The notes under the pieces: model-generated
Seen by the model: the letters and a program-made list of their open reading frames with translations, nothing else
Told to the model about the DNA's origin: nothing
The model's database searches: none
Made by a program: the position numbers and the translations under genes
NCBI GenBank assembly: GCA_964016885.1
Contig: OZ024741.1
Span: 106,206,001-106,270,000, forward strand
From: Eledone cirrhosa
Taxonomy: Eukaryota
Reading direction: 5' to 3'
DNA length: 64,000 bases
Shown: positions 10,782 to 32,209 of the stretch, piece after piece
Position numbering within the stretch: the first letter of the stretch is position 1
Layout of the letters: every line of letters begins with the position of its first letter

Positions 10782-11122
10782 CATCATTTCATCATTTCAT
10801 TTTACGTCCGCTTTTCCCTGCTTGCAAGAGTGGGACGGGAACTGATTCTGGCTTGATTTCTACAGCTGGATGCCCTTCCTAACACCAACCTCATTTACAG
10901 TGAGTGCTGGGTGCTTTTTTGCCGTGGCACCTCCACAACCACTTTGCAGTGGAATGATATGGACCCCAGTCCCTATCATCTCATTTCTACAGCTGAGTAA
11001 ACTGGAGCAATGTGAAATAAAGTGTCTTGCTCAAGGAAACAACACATCACCCGGTCTGAGAATTGAACTCACAACCTTTCGATTGCAAGGCCAATGCTCT
11101 AACCACTAATCCATGTGCCTCC
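10780..11122 (-). mobile_element. tRNA-head, CORE-like SINE with RTE-derived 3' tail
   Basis: GAGTTCAATTC B-box and CCTTGAGCAAGACACTTTA core; tail matches RTE 3' ends (51361-51415, 47750-47890). Related copies at 42665-43108 and 48045-48295. Confidence 0.75.
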
Positions 11123-11176
<54 letters not shown>

Positions 11177-11511
11177 ATGTATATATGTATGTATGTATAT
11201 ATATGTTTATATATTTAAAGAGAGAGACTGCAATATGAAGAAGAGAAAGACTAAGATAAAGTTGAAAAATATAAGGAGGGAGAGAAAAAAAGAGATAGAC
11301 TTTAAGATATAAAGATAATAGAAGTTTTGATAAGGAAAGAAGGTTAAATGTTATTCAGTCATTGTCCAAGCCTAGCTTAACTCTGTTCACTTAACTATAG
11401 ACATTGTTAATAAAACAAGTCTTTTAGCTATTAACTAAATAGCAATGACACGTTATTGTTGGTGGCGGTCTTCTTCTTCTCCTACTCATTCTTTATCTAT
11501 CTATCTATATG

Positions 11512-11950
11512 TATGGTGGACAAGGTTGAAAGGGCTGAGGTCAGACACATTTCTCTCCGGCCAACAACTGATTCTTTTTTTCAAATACCACTTTGGAAGA
11601 AGAATCAGGATGGAGAGAGGGGTGTTGTACCCCAGCAAGTTTTATGAAAGGTGGGTGAAAGTGGCGAGAATGGCCCGAGTGAATGTGCCTTCTTTCTATG
11701 TCAGCCTGTAGGTTGAGGAAAAAGAGGAGGAAAGGAAGGGAATATAAACTCTTCGTACTCCTGGAGATGAGGGTTGCACATTTTTTTCGAGGGTATGTGT
11801 TACCCATATGAACTGTCTCCCCCTATTGGGGAAAATCGACTAATTTTTAAATTGCATTTGTGATAATATTTTACACGTTTTTATTGTATGTAAACTTCCC
11901 CCTTTGTATTTGTCCCCTTCTTTTGTGCCCCTGTGGCTAATAAAGAAACA
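11512..11950 (+). mobile_element. Tx1 family C, 5'-truncated copy with 18-bp TSD
   Basis: WWTRLKGLRSDTFLSGQQLI...YVSL*; TSD TATCTATCTATATGTATG at 11498-11515 and 11951-11968. Duplicate at 28253-28691. Confidence 0.88.
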
Positions 11951-12207
11951 TATCTATCTATATGTATGTATGTCTTTCTTTATCTATCTATCTGTCACAA
12001 TCCACCTGTGTCTCTCTGTCTATTAGCACTGTGTATATGTGTATATATGTATGTGTGTCTATATGTGTGTATGTGTATATAAGTATGTATAAGAGCTGTA
12101 TACCAACTTCATTGTTCACTAAATATTGACTCTAAAGATAATCTTGTGAAAATATATGTATGTGTATATATATATATGTGTATATATATATATGCATACA
12201 CACATAC

Positions 12208-12239
<32 letters not shown>

Positions 12240-13269
12240 TGTGTATATAATACTACCTTAATGGTTCACCAAAGATTGACTCCATCACATAATCCTATGG
12301 AAATGTGAAGAACGTTCTACCAATGCGTCATGGCTGACACGTGGTGACAGACACTGCTGTATAATGTCACTGGAATGTTGTTGGTGTTGTGATGGTGGTG
12401 TTGTTGTTGTGGTGGTGGTGGTGGTGGTGGTGGAACTGGTCATAGAGACATTGGAATAGTGGTGGTGGTGATGGTGTTGTGGTTGTGTTGTAGTGGTGCT
12501 GGCGATGGCAACACTCTTCTTGTTGTTCAGTTATAGGTCAAGCTCATCAAGCTGACCTATGATCAAAAGAATTTCATTTGTGACATTCTCATATTTTTTC
12601 AATCACAATCTACCAAGGCTACACTATCTAATGTAACTTTACTTTTTCACATGTGTATCCTCTTGGACAGGTATCGTCTGCCATAGCCTTGATATAGTAA
12701 GTAAAAACACTTAGTGTTTTGGTTGCTAGTCCTTCATTGGAAGATAGAATGAGAAATAAAAGAAGGTATGTTTGGGAGAGAGGAGGAAATAGAAAGATAG
12801 ATCAAAGATACTCTGGATCTTTCTCAGCAAACACATGTATGTGCCATTGATTTTCTTTGTGAGTTTTTATGTGTTGTGGAGAAGATAACTCCCATAGTAC
12901 CTGGTGCCCACCTGTGCAGGGTTATGTGAATATCCATTTGGAAAACAGGAATGGTGATTGTGCTGAGAAGTGAACACTGATAAACAGTTGTTTTAGTTTT
13001 CAGTTCTTGTTTGCCTAGTGGAGGAACCAATCATCAGGTCAATGGTAGGGGAATTCTGCCTCCATCAGTGGGGCACTGTGCTGGTAAGAGTGATGGAAAA
13101 TCATCAGAGTATTTCTATTAAAAGTAACTAGTACTAACAGGAGTTCCTCAGTTAGTGCCCATGATTTTCTGTCTCCACATGGTCCTGAAGAAGGCTCAAC
13201 TCCTTCCTATGAAGATGATGTTCTCAATCATACTGGAGTAGCATCCTCTGATATCAGAACCAAGAGGGG

Positions 13270-14330
13270 ACTATCTCGACCAAAGAGATTATACACCTTC
13301 AGCTCTCTAAACTGTCACTCACTCACATCCTACTTTTCACGTGAAGAGCTCAACAAGCATATCAACACACACAGCATTGTGATTGTATATGTTCAAGAAC
13401 ACTAACGAAAATGAACCAGGCATAATCACCCAGAACATTGGCAAAAGAACTCTGTTTACTGCATCAGCATAAAAAGATGACATCGGTGCTGCAATTGGGT
13501 TAGTTTGACAATACAAACACATCTTCTTCTTATACTTACAAAGGTAACTAAGGTTAAGGTTAATGATTGGATTGTCACATCAGTATTCAAGGGAAATCCA
13601 GCAACTGTTATTATAAGCTGCTATTCACCCTACAATCACCTGCAAGTGGAGGAAATAGAACACTTTTACCATGAACCAAGTGCCGCTTTCTGAAGTACCT
13701 CCACATGCCATGCTAATTATTGGAGGAGATTTCAACACACAAATTAAAGGCAAATTTTCATACCATCAGACTACTAACAGAAAAGGCGTATTTTTAGAAA
13801 AGTTTTTACCTCAACATAATCTCCTAGGTGGGAATACCATCTTCCAAAAACTGTGGACTTGAAGACACTTGGTAGCCATATCTCCCATGTTGAATTTGTT
13901 TATATGAAACAATGGAGGAACAGAATTCATGATTGCCAGGGACATATTTCCTCTGCAGCTGTTAGGGGAGATTGCAACATCATCATGGCCAAAACTCAGC
14001 CTTCACTCAAACAGGAAATCCAGTAAGAAACAACTTTACTGGAGGATGCTAAAGGAAGATGTCAACCATGCAAGAACAATTGATAATTCAATTGCTAATT
14101 AATCTGAATCCTTGACAGCTAATGAGAAAAAATACACTTCTTTTGTGTCCATCTGTAATGAAGTAGGGGAAGAAAACCTACCAAGAATCACTCGAGCCAC
14201 ACTTCATGTGGAAAATACAATAATTGCTACATTTAGAAGCCACACCCTCAAATCAGTTTCAGATGTACAGCATCCCCAGATCACCAGAATATTCAGTGCT
14301 CTAATTTCAACCATCTGGAGTATGAAAGAA
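13270..14330 (+). pseudogene. Old degenerate LINE APE-endonuclease remnant
   Basis: Fragments IISCYSP, LIIGGDFN and NLLGGNTIFQK across several frames; duplicate at about 30030-31100. Confidence 0.6.
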
Positions 14331-14483
14331 TCACCCAAACCCTGGTTGATTTAGAGAATAGTATATATATATATATATACAGTATATATATATATATATA
14401 TATACAGTATATATATATATATATATACAGTATATATATATATATATTTATATACTGTATATATATATATATATATATATACA

Positions 14484-14541
<58 letters not shown>

Positions 14542-14555
14542 TATATATATATATC

Positions 14556-19878
<5,323 letters not shown>

Positions 19879-19962
19879 GTATATATATGTGTATAGAGAG
19901 AGAGAGAATAACATTAGAATTTAGCTTTGAACATAGCTGTATACAAATATGTATTTGAATTT

Positions 19963-20893
19963 TTTGTGGCCTTCTACCCATGCACGTAGGGTAGAAAGTG
20001 TATGCGGCGGATGTAATTGGTTTTATGGACAGTTTGACTGCTGTGTCCCTGTCCTTCATGAGAAAGGATAGACTCCCGTAGAGTCTATCCTTCTGAATGA
20101 ATATGATGTCTTTCATGACAGCTTTTAAAACCAGCTCTATCTCACTCTGTGATGGTTGAGCTGGTTTTTTGCTTTTGTTTCAGACTGTCCTAAACATGAC
20201 AGTGTTTAGGAGTCTCTGGCTTTTTAGTTCCGGGGGGGGGGTCGAAAATGATCCATTTTCCCCATACACTACGTATATTTTGGCATCTGCCAGTAGCTCC
20301 TTAGCTTTGCTTATATCTACTAGCAGATAGTCGAGGGTTTTCCCTGCAGTCTGGGCGAAGGAGTCCTTTTCCTTGTTCATGTTGCTGTTGTTGTTATCAT
20401 TGTTGTTGATGTTGTTGTTGTTTTTGTTGTCTTTATTGTTGCTGTTGTTGTTGTTTTTGTTGTCTTTATTGTTGCTGTTGTTGTCGTTGTTGTTGTTGTT
20501 TTCAGTTTCTTGTATAGTTGTGGCTACATCAAGTTGTCGGTCAGCAGGTGGAGAAAGTTCTACCTCTGGCTGACCTCTGCCTTTGGCATCTGCTGCTGTG
20601 ACAGTGGCAGGGGGAAGCTGTGAGTTTAACTTCCCTTTTCTTCCTTTGAATGTTGGTGAAGATGCTTCAGCCATTTTTATCAAAGTAGGATTTTTCGAAA
20701 TTTTTCGAAAGATAAAATTTTTTCACCACTATTTCGCCTAAAGGCGTAGAATATTTTGAGAGACTGACCAGATCAAAATTTGATCTGGCAGTCCCTCTAC
20801 AAAATGGTACAAAAATGAAAGTTTACAGTTAGGAATTTCTATAGAAATTTAGGCAGAACTTACCCAGCAAGTTTCACGCGTGTGTCCATCCCA
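19963..20893 (-). mobile_element. Tx1 family A 5' fragment (5' UTR plus partial ORF1), cut at the duplication junction
   Basis: ORFs 20180-20683 and part of 19688-20116 are homologous to family B ORF1 (AYTFYPTCMGRRPQK vs AYTFFPTYMGKRTQK). Confidence 0.8.
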
Positions 20894-21187
20894 GATAGAT
20901 AGATAGATAGATATCTTTCTTTATTTGCCACAGGGGCGTACAAAAATGGGACATTACAAGACGTAACGGCGGGGTTTTACATAAAAATAACTTTAACATT
21001 AATAAATAACAATAAACTATATATAATAAAATAATAGATAGATAGATAGTTAGCTAGATTGACAAACAGACAGACAGAGACAGACAGACAGTTAGATAGA
21101 GAGGCAGATAGACAGACAGGCAGACAGACAGACAGATAGATACATAGACAAATAGACAGGGAGATAGATAGACAGATAGATAGATAT

Positions 21188-22312
21188 ATTTCTTTATTTA
21201 CCATAAAGGCATAAAAAGAAGGGACAAATACAAAGGGGGAGTTTACATAAAACCGAGTAAAAAGGGTATAAAATGAAAATAGTCGAAAACAACCTCAAAA
21301 GGGAGGGGACGTGATGGGGGTTGCACACACACCCGAAAAAGTGTGCAATCCTTTGCCCGGGAAGCACATGGAGAAGGTGCTCCCCTCTCCTTCACTTCTT
21401 TACCTACAGGATGGTATACAGAGAAGGCCCATTTACACGAGCCATTCTCGCCACTATCACCCACCTTTCATAAAACTGCCTGTGGCCAAGCACCTCTCTC
21501 TCCATTCTTATCCTTCTTCCGAAGTGATATCGGAAGAAGTAGACCAGACTATAGGCCAGAGAGGAAGTTGCCTGACCTCAGACCTTTCAATCGTGTGCAC
21601 CAAACAACCTCTTTCAACATGGCTATTACGCACAGAAAAACCGCCTTTGCTTCCTTTGTGAAGAGGGGAGGCGGCTTGATTGTCATCACGGACTCGGCGG
21701 TCAATCGAATCGGCGCCACCCGCAACAGCAGTCGTTCGGCGTAGCCCCACAGATCAGCCACGCCCGGACATTGCATCAATGCGTGCGCAACGGTTTCTTC
21801 GTGACGCACGCATCTAGGGCAAATCTTTTTCGAGGGATCCCTGCCCGGGCGCCCGTGTCTGTAGAGCCTCTCTCGAACGTGATTTCTGGAAGTTGTCCAT
21901 TGGTCCCGGGCCGAAAGTCCTACCGAACAGGCTGGCCAGTTCATCCTCTTCCATGTCCATCGACTCTCCAAGGGTGTCATCGCCCCTGCTAGCCACTAGC
22001 CCTCTATAGAATGATGAGGTGGATTCTCCACCGATGGCCGGGCCTGCTTGCCAGAGTGCCCTGAGCGCCTGGGCACACTCAGTGTGCCAGTCTCCCAATC
22101 TGCTAATCCGGTTTCTGTAAGTTTCTTTTGCCGGTAAAGACAAATTAAGTTTCCAGTAACCGGGACCCTGTTTATGTGTTTTCTCGAGATTGACTACGCA
22201 GGTCACTAATTTGTGATCCGTATAGCCAACCGTGAGCATTTTTGGACAGCTTAATATGTCCCTATCCTTACTTCTAACTAAGAATCTATCTAAGTACGAT
22301 CTAGATTGACTA
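21188..22312 (-). mobile_element. Duplicate of the internally deleted Tx1 family D
   Basis: Near-identical to 958-2112, with an additional small deletion near 21879. Confidence 0.85.
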
Positions 22313-22329
22313 ATAGATAGATAGATAGA

Positions 22330-22426
22330 TTTCTTTATTAGCCACAAGGGCGCAACAAGAAAGGGGACAATACAAAGACATGCCGGGGATTTTACATACA
22401 GTCGTGTAAAAAATATAAAAACAAAC
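22330..22426 (-). mobile_element. Tx1 family B ~100-bp 3' end inserted in (GATA)n, copy 2 only
   Basis: Matches 3685-3781; absent at the paralogous site near 2120. Confidence 0.85.
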
Positions 22427-22598
22427 AGACAAATAGACAGATAGATAGATAATTAGGTTATGATGACTATGACAATGATGATGATGTCAGTTCTCAGCCC
22501 CATGCAACAACAGATTAGTTCATTGTATGCTGCGTGCTCTGTCCACGTGAGTGATGAACATGAGTGTTGTAGAGTTTGTAGTTCTCCAGCAAGGAGAC

Positions 22599-22633
<35 letters not shown>

Positions 22634-22806
22634 ATGTATGTATACATACATATATACATATACATACATACACACATTACACACAAGCTAGAAGGAGATT
22701 GTGACAGTAAGCAATTGTTTAATTGTTTAGAGACATTATGACCAGGTGTGATATATACATCCAGAGAGAGAAGGAATTGTAAACGTCATTGGCAGCAATG
22801 GAGTCA

Positions 22807-22849
<43 letters not shown>

Positions 22850-22853
22850 GGTG

Positions 22854-22916
<63 letters not shown>

Positions 22917-23820
22917 AGTACCCTATCATTAAAATTACCATTTTTTTACCTTCTTTGACATTCCATCTTGATATTTCCTTTTAAATTCTTTCTGCTTCAC
23001 AAGACATTGTATCTATAATAATTGTTTCTACTTTAGGCACGAGGCCAGCAATTACCCAGTGTATTACTGGTACTTTATTTTATCGACCCTGTAAGGATGA
23101 AAGGCAAAGTCAACCTCGGCGGGATTTGAACTCAGATCGTAAAGGGGCGTAACTATGCTGGAAAGCATGGCGTCCGACTCTCTACCGATACTGCCAATCC
23201 ACAGCCCTCTATAATAATTGTTTCTATTTTGGCACAAGGCCAGCAATTACCCAGTACATTACTGGTACTTTATTTTATCGACCCGTAAGGATGAAAGGCA
23301 AAGTTAACCTCGGCAGGATTTGAACTCAGAATGGCAAGGGCCGTAACTCTATGCGTCAAAGCATGGCGTCCGACATAATAATGGTTTCTTATATAGGCAC
23401 AAGGCCATCAATTTTGGGGGATAGTGAAAGTCGATGAAATTGACCCTAATACTGGTACTTTATTTTATTGACCCTGTGAAGATTGCTTTGGGTTTAAAAT
23501 TGTCTCATTTTCACTAAGAAAATGGAATGGATTTTTTGGGACAACCCAATACATAATAATACATATTTTGGGTGAAAATTTACAGAAGTAGAAATATGTA
23601 GGGTGCTCAGAAGCAGAAAATGATGGTAACTACAGTCAGTTGCTGCTATAAAATAGCTTATTAAAATCTAGGAAAGACCCTTAGAGACAGAACGATCTTT
23701 GTAGCAGCCGCTGTTAACATTTTTCTGTCTCTAAGGGTTCTTACCAAATTTTTATTAGCTATATTATAGCAACTGACTGTAATTGCAATTATTAGATAGA
23801 TAGATAGATAGATAGATAGA

Positions 23821-23905
23821 TATATTTCTTTATTAGCCACAGGGGCACAAAAGAAGGGGACAAATACAAAGGGGGAAGTTTACATACAATAAAAACGTGT
23901 AAAAT

Positions 23906-23906
<1 letters not shown>
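23821..23906 (-). mobile_element. Tx1 family C ~85-bp 3' end inserted in (GATA)n, copy 2 only
   Basis: Matches 9528-9613; flanked by GATA repeats. Confidence 0.85.
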
Positions 23907-23937
<31 letters not shown>

Positions 23938-24231
23938 TCTTTCTGTATTTGCCACAGGGGCGTACAAAATGGGGACATTACAAGACCAATGGCGGGGTTT
24001 TAAATAAAAATAACTTTAACATTAATAAATAACAATAAACTATATATAATAAAATAATAGATAGATAGATAGTTAGCTAGATTGACAAACAGACACACAG
24101 AGAGACAGACAGACAGACAGTTAGATAGAGAGGCAGATAGACAGACAGGCAGACAGGCAGACAGACAGACAGATAGACAAATAGACAGGGAGATAGATAG
24201 ACATCATCATCTTCATTATCACCACCACTGC

Positions 24232-24269
<38 letters not shown>

Positions 24270-24872
24270 CCATCATCACCATCACCATCCTCCTCATCAT
24301 CACCATCACCGTCGTTATTATCACCATCATTACCACCCTTATCATCACCACTACCACCACCATTATCATCATCATCACCATCACTATCACCATCACTGTC
24401 ATTACCGCTGCTATCATCACCATCACCATCATAGTTACCATTGACGTCATCAATAATTACCACAATAATAAACAGAATGCTAACAATAACAACAACAACA
24501 AAAGGAAAGGTTGAATTTTTGTATTCTATATTCCATATTTTTCCAGTGAGTTATGACAATATGTTAATGTAAGGTTAACAGCAATCTACACACACATACA
24601 CACATATATATATATACACACACATACAGACACATACACAACCATACATATACACTCACATACACACATACACATACACACATACACATATATACATATA
24701 AACACACACACACAGTGGAAGTTACACTAGTCATGTGTTTTGTTCCATAGTGGTGTAGAAATGTCATCTTAGAGGCTCTCTTTTTTGGAATATATATATA
24801 TATATACATATATACACACACACATATACATATACATATACATACACACACACACATATATATATGCATGCA

Positions 24873-27929
<3,057 letters not shown>

Positions 27930-28252
27930 TGTATGTATATATATGTTTATATATTTAAAGAGAGAGACTGCAATATGAAGAAGAGAAAGACTAAGATAAA
28001 GTTGAAAAATATAAGGAGGGAGAGAATAAAAGAGATAAACGTTAAGGTATAAAGATAATAGAATGTTTGATAATGAAGGAAAAAAGGTTAAATGTCCAGT
28101 CATTGTCCAAGCCTAGCTTAACTCTGTTCACTTAACTATAGACATTGTTAATAAAACAAGTCTTTTAGTTATTAACTAAATAGCAATGACACGTTATTGT
28201 TGGTGGCGGTTTTCTTCTTCTCCTACTCATTCTTTATCTATCTATCTATATG

Positions 28253-28691
28253 TATGGTGGACAAGGTTGAAAGGGCTGAGGTCAGACACATTTCTCTCCG
28301 GCCAACAACTGATTCTTTTTTTCAAATACCACTTTGGAAGAAGAATCAGGATGGAGAGAGAGGTGTTGTACCCCAGCAAGGTTTATGAAAGGTGGGTGAA
28401 AGTGGCGAGAATGGCCCGAGTGAATGTGCCTTCTTTCTATGTCAGCCTTTAGGTTGAGGAAAAAGAGGAGGAAAGGAAGGGAATATAAACTCTTCGTACT
28501 CCTGGAGATGAGGGTTTCACATTTTTTTCGAGGGTATGTGTTACCCATATGAACTGTCTCCCCCTATTGGGGAAAATCAACTAATTTTTAAATTGCATTT
28601 GTGATAATATTTTACACGTTTTTATTGTATGTAAACTTCCCCCTTTGGATTTGTCCCCTTCTTTTGTGCCCCTGTGGCTAATAAAGAAACA
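28253..28691 (+). mobile_element. Duplicate of the Tx1 family C truncated copy
   Basis: Near-identical to 11512-11950. Confidence 0.85.
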
Positions 28692-28957
28692 TATCTATCT
28701 ATATGTATGTCTGTCTTTCTTTATCTATCTATCTGTCACAATCCACCTGTGTCTCTCTGTCTATTAGCACTGTGTATATGTGTATATATGTATGTGTGTC
28801 TATATGTGTGTATGTGTATATAAGTATGTATAAGAGCTGTATACCAACTTCATTGTTCACTAAATATTGACTCTAAAGATAATCTTGTGAAAATATATGT
28901 ATGTGTATATATATATATGTGTATATATATATATATATGCATACACACATACATATG

Positions 28958-28988
<31 letters not shown>

Positions 28989-31152
28989 ATATAATACTAC
29001 CTTAATGGTTCACCAAAGATTGACTCCATCACATAATCCTATGGAAATGTGAAGAACGTTCTACCAATGCATCATGGCTGACACATGGTGACAGACACTG
29101 CTGTATAATGTCACTGGAATGTTGTTGGTGTTGTGATGGTGGTGGTGTTGTTGTTGTGGTGGTGGTGGTGGTGGTGGTGGAACTGGTCATAGAGACATTG
29201 GAATAGTGGTGGTGGTGATGGTGTTGTGGTTGTGTTGTAGTGGTGCTGGCGATGGCAACACTCTTCTTGTTGTTCAGTTATAGGTCAAGCTCATCAAGCT
29301 GACCTATGATCAAAAGAATTTCATTTGTGACATTCTCATATTTTTTCAATCACAATCTACCAAGGCTACACTATCTAATGTAACTTTACTTTTTCCAGAA
29401 AACCTTTTACACATGTGTATCCTCTTGGACAGGTATCATCTGCCATAGCCTTGATATAGTAAGTAAAAACACTTAGTGTTTTGGTTGCTAGTCCTTCATT
29501 GGAAGATAGAATGAGAAAGAAAAGAAGGTATGTTTGGGAGAGAGGAAGAAATAGAAAGATAGATCAAAGATACTCTGGATCTTTCTCAGCAAACACATGT
29601 ATGTGCCATTGATTTTCTTTGTGAGTTTTTATGTGTTGTGGAGAAGATAACTCCCATAGTACCTGGTGCCCACCTGTGCAGGGTTATGTGAATATCCATT
29701 TGGAAAACAGGAATGGTGATTGTGCTGAGAAGTGAACACTGATAAACAGTTGTTTTAGTTTTCAGTTCTTGTTTGCCTAGTGGAGGAACCAATCATCAGG
29801 TCAATGGTAGGGGAATTCTGCCTCCATCAGTGGGGCACTGTGCTGGTAAGAGTGATGGAAAATCATCAGAGTATTTCTATTAAAAGTAACTAGTACTAAC
29901 AGGAGTTCCTCAGTTAGTGCCCATGATTTTCTGTCTCCACATGGTCCTGAAGAAGGCTCAATTCCTTCCTATGAAGATGATGTTCTCAATCATACTGGAG
30001 TAGCATCCTCTGATATCAGAACCAAGAGGGGACTATCTCAACCAAAGAGATTATACACCTTCAGCTCTCTAAACTGTCACTCACTCACATCCTACTTTTC
30101 ACGTGAAGAGCTCAACAAGCATATCAACACACACAGCATTGTGATTGTATATGTTCAAGAACACTAACGAAAATGAACCAGGCATAATCACCCAGAACAT
30201 TGGCAAAAGAACTCTGTTTACTGCATCAGCATAAAAAGATGACATCGGTGCTGCAATTGGGTTAGTTTGACAATACAAACACATCTTCTTCTTATACTTA
30301 CAAAGGTAACTAAGGTTAAGGTTAATGATTGGATTGTCACAGCAGTATTCAAGGGAAATCCAGCAACTGTTATTATAAGCTGCTATTCACCCTACAATCA
30401 CCTGCAAGTGGAGGAAATAGAACACTTTTACCATGAACCAAGTGCCGCTTTCTGAAGTACCTCCACATGCCATGCTAATTATTGGAGGAGATTTCAACAC
30501 ACAAATTAAAGGCAAATTTTCATACCATCAGACTACTAACAGAAAAGGCATATTTTTAGAAAAGTTTTTACCTCAACATAATCTCCTAGGTGGGAATACC
30601 ATCTTCCAAAAACTGTGGACTTGAAGACACTTGGCAGCCATATCTCCCATGTTGAATTTGTTTATATGAAACAATGGAGGAACAGAATTCATGATTGCCA
30701 GGGACATATTTCCTCTGCAGCTGTTAGGGGAGATTGCAACATCATCATGGCCAAAATTAAACTCAGCCTTCACTCAAACAGGAAATCCAGTAAGAAACAA
30801 CTTTACTGGAGGATGCTAAAGGAAGATGTCAACCATGCAAGAACAATTGATAATTCAATTGCTAATTAATCTGAATCCTTGACAGCTAATGAGAAAAAAT
30901 ACACTTCTTTTGTGTCCATCTGTAATGAAGTAGGGGAAGAAAACCTACCAAGAAGCACTCGTGCCACACTTCATGTGGAAAATACAATAATTGCTACATT
31001 TAGAAGCCACACCCTCAAATCAGTTTCAGATGTACAGCATCCCCAGATCACCAGAATATTCAGTGCTCTAATTTCAACCATCTGGAGTATGAAAGAATCA
31101 CCCAAACCCTGGTTGATTTAGAGAATAGTATATATATATATATATATATACA

Positions 31153-31198
<46 letters not shown>

Positions 31199-31320
31199 TA
31201 TATATATATATATATACAGTATATATATATATATATATACAGTATATATATATATATATATATATACAGTATATATATATATATATATACAGTATATATA
31301 TATATATATATATATATATA

Positions 31321-32053
31321 GGACAGGAAAATGCTTCTCTGATGATCGTTGCTTTTCCATTAATATCCTCGTGATATTTAATGTTTTGCACCGTGAAACT
31401 GTACAGTTAGGGCCATTTGAATAGGTAAATATTTATATTATATTTTTTAATGTTGATTAATTTTAATTGTATATTAATTTTGATTTATTTTGAAAAATTG
31501 GTTGAATTTTACTTGTTCTGCTTATCTTGATATTAAGTTCTGGCATATCAAATTATTACCATAGAACCACCTTAAATCATAGACACACTATATATTTCCG
31601 GGGGTACATTGTACCCTCAGATATATATTAACCTTATTTAATAATCTCCAGTATGTAGAGATAAAAATTTGTCGTTCTATTTAGTTACTAAAAATCTTTT
31701 TTTAGTGACGATTATAGACGGCGAGTCTACGATTTCCCGCCTTCACTATACACCAATGTATTTACGGGTCACTTTCACGACCTTTTAGACCTGTATTAGT
31801 TGGAGTGAGGTCATATATTTTGTCGTTCCTGGGGTTTTTAACCCTAGGACAGGAAAATGCTTCTCTGATGATCGTTGCTTTTCCATTAATATCCTCGTGA
31901 TATTTAATGTTTTAAACCGTGAAACTGTACAGTTAGGGCCATTTGAATAGGTAAATATTTATATTATATTTTTTAATTTTGATTAATTTTAATTGTATAT
32001 TAATTTTGATTTATTTTGAAAAATTGGTTGAATTTTACTTGTTCTGCTTATCT

Positions 32054-32059
<6 letters not shown>
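31321..32059 (+). mobile_element. Non-autonomous hammerhead-bearing unit (Penelope pLTR or retrozyme-like): 526-nt period, 213-bp direct repeats
   Basis: 31321-31533 matches 31847-32059. Each repeat carries CTGATGA-stem II-GAAAC TGTACA GTT-AGGG. No ORF; flanked by (TA)n. Confidence 0.75.
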
Positions 32060-32089
<30 letters not shown>

Positions 32090-32103
32090 TATATATATAT
32101 ACA

Positions 32104-32157
<54 letters not shown>

Positions 32158-32209
32158 TATATATATATATACAGTATATATATATATACAGTATATATAT
32201 ATATACAGT

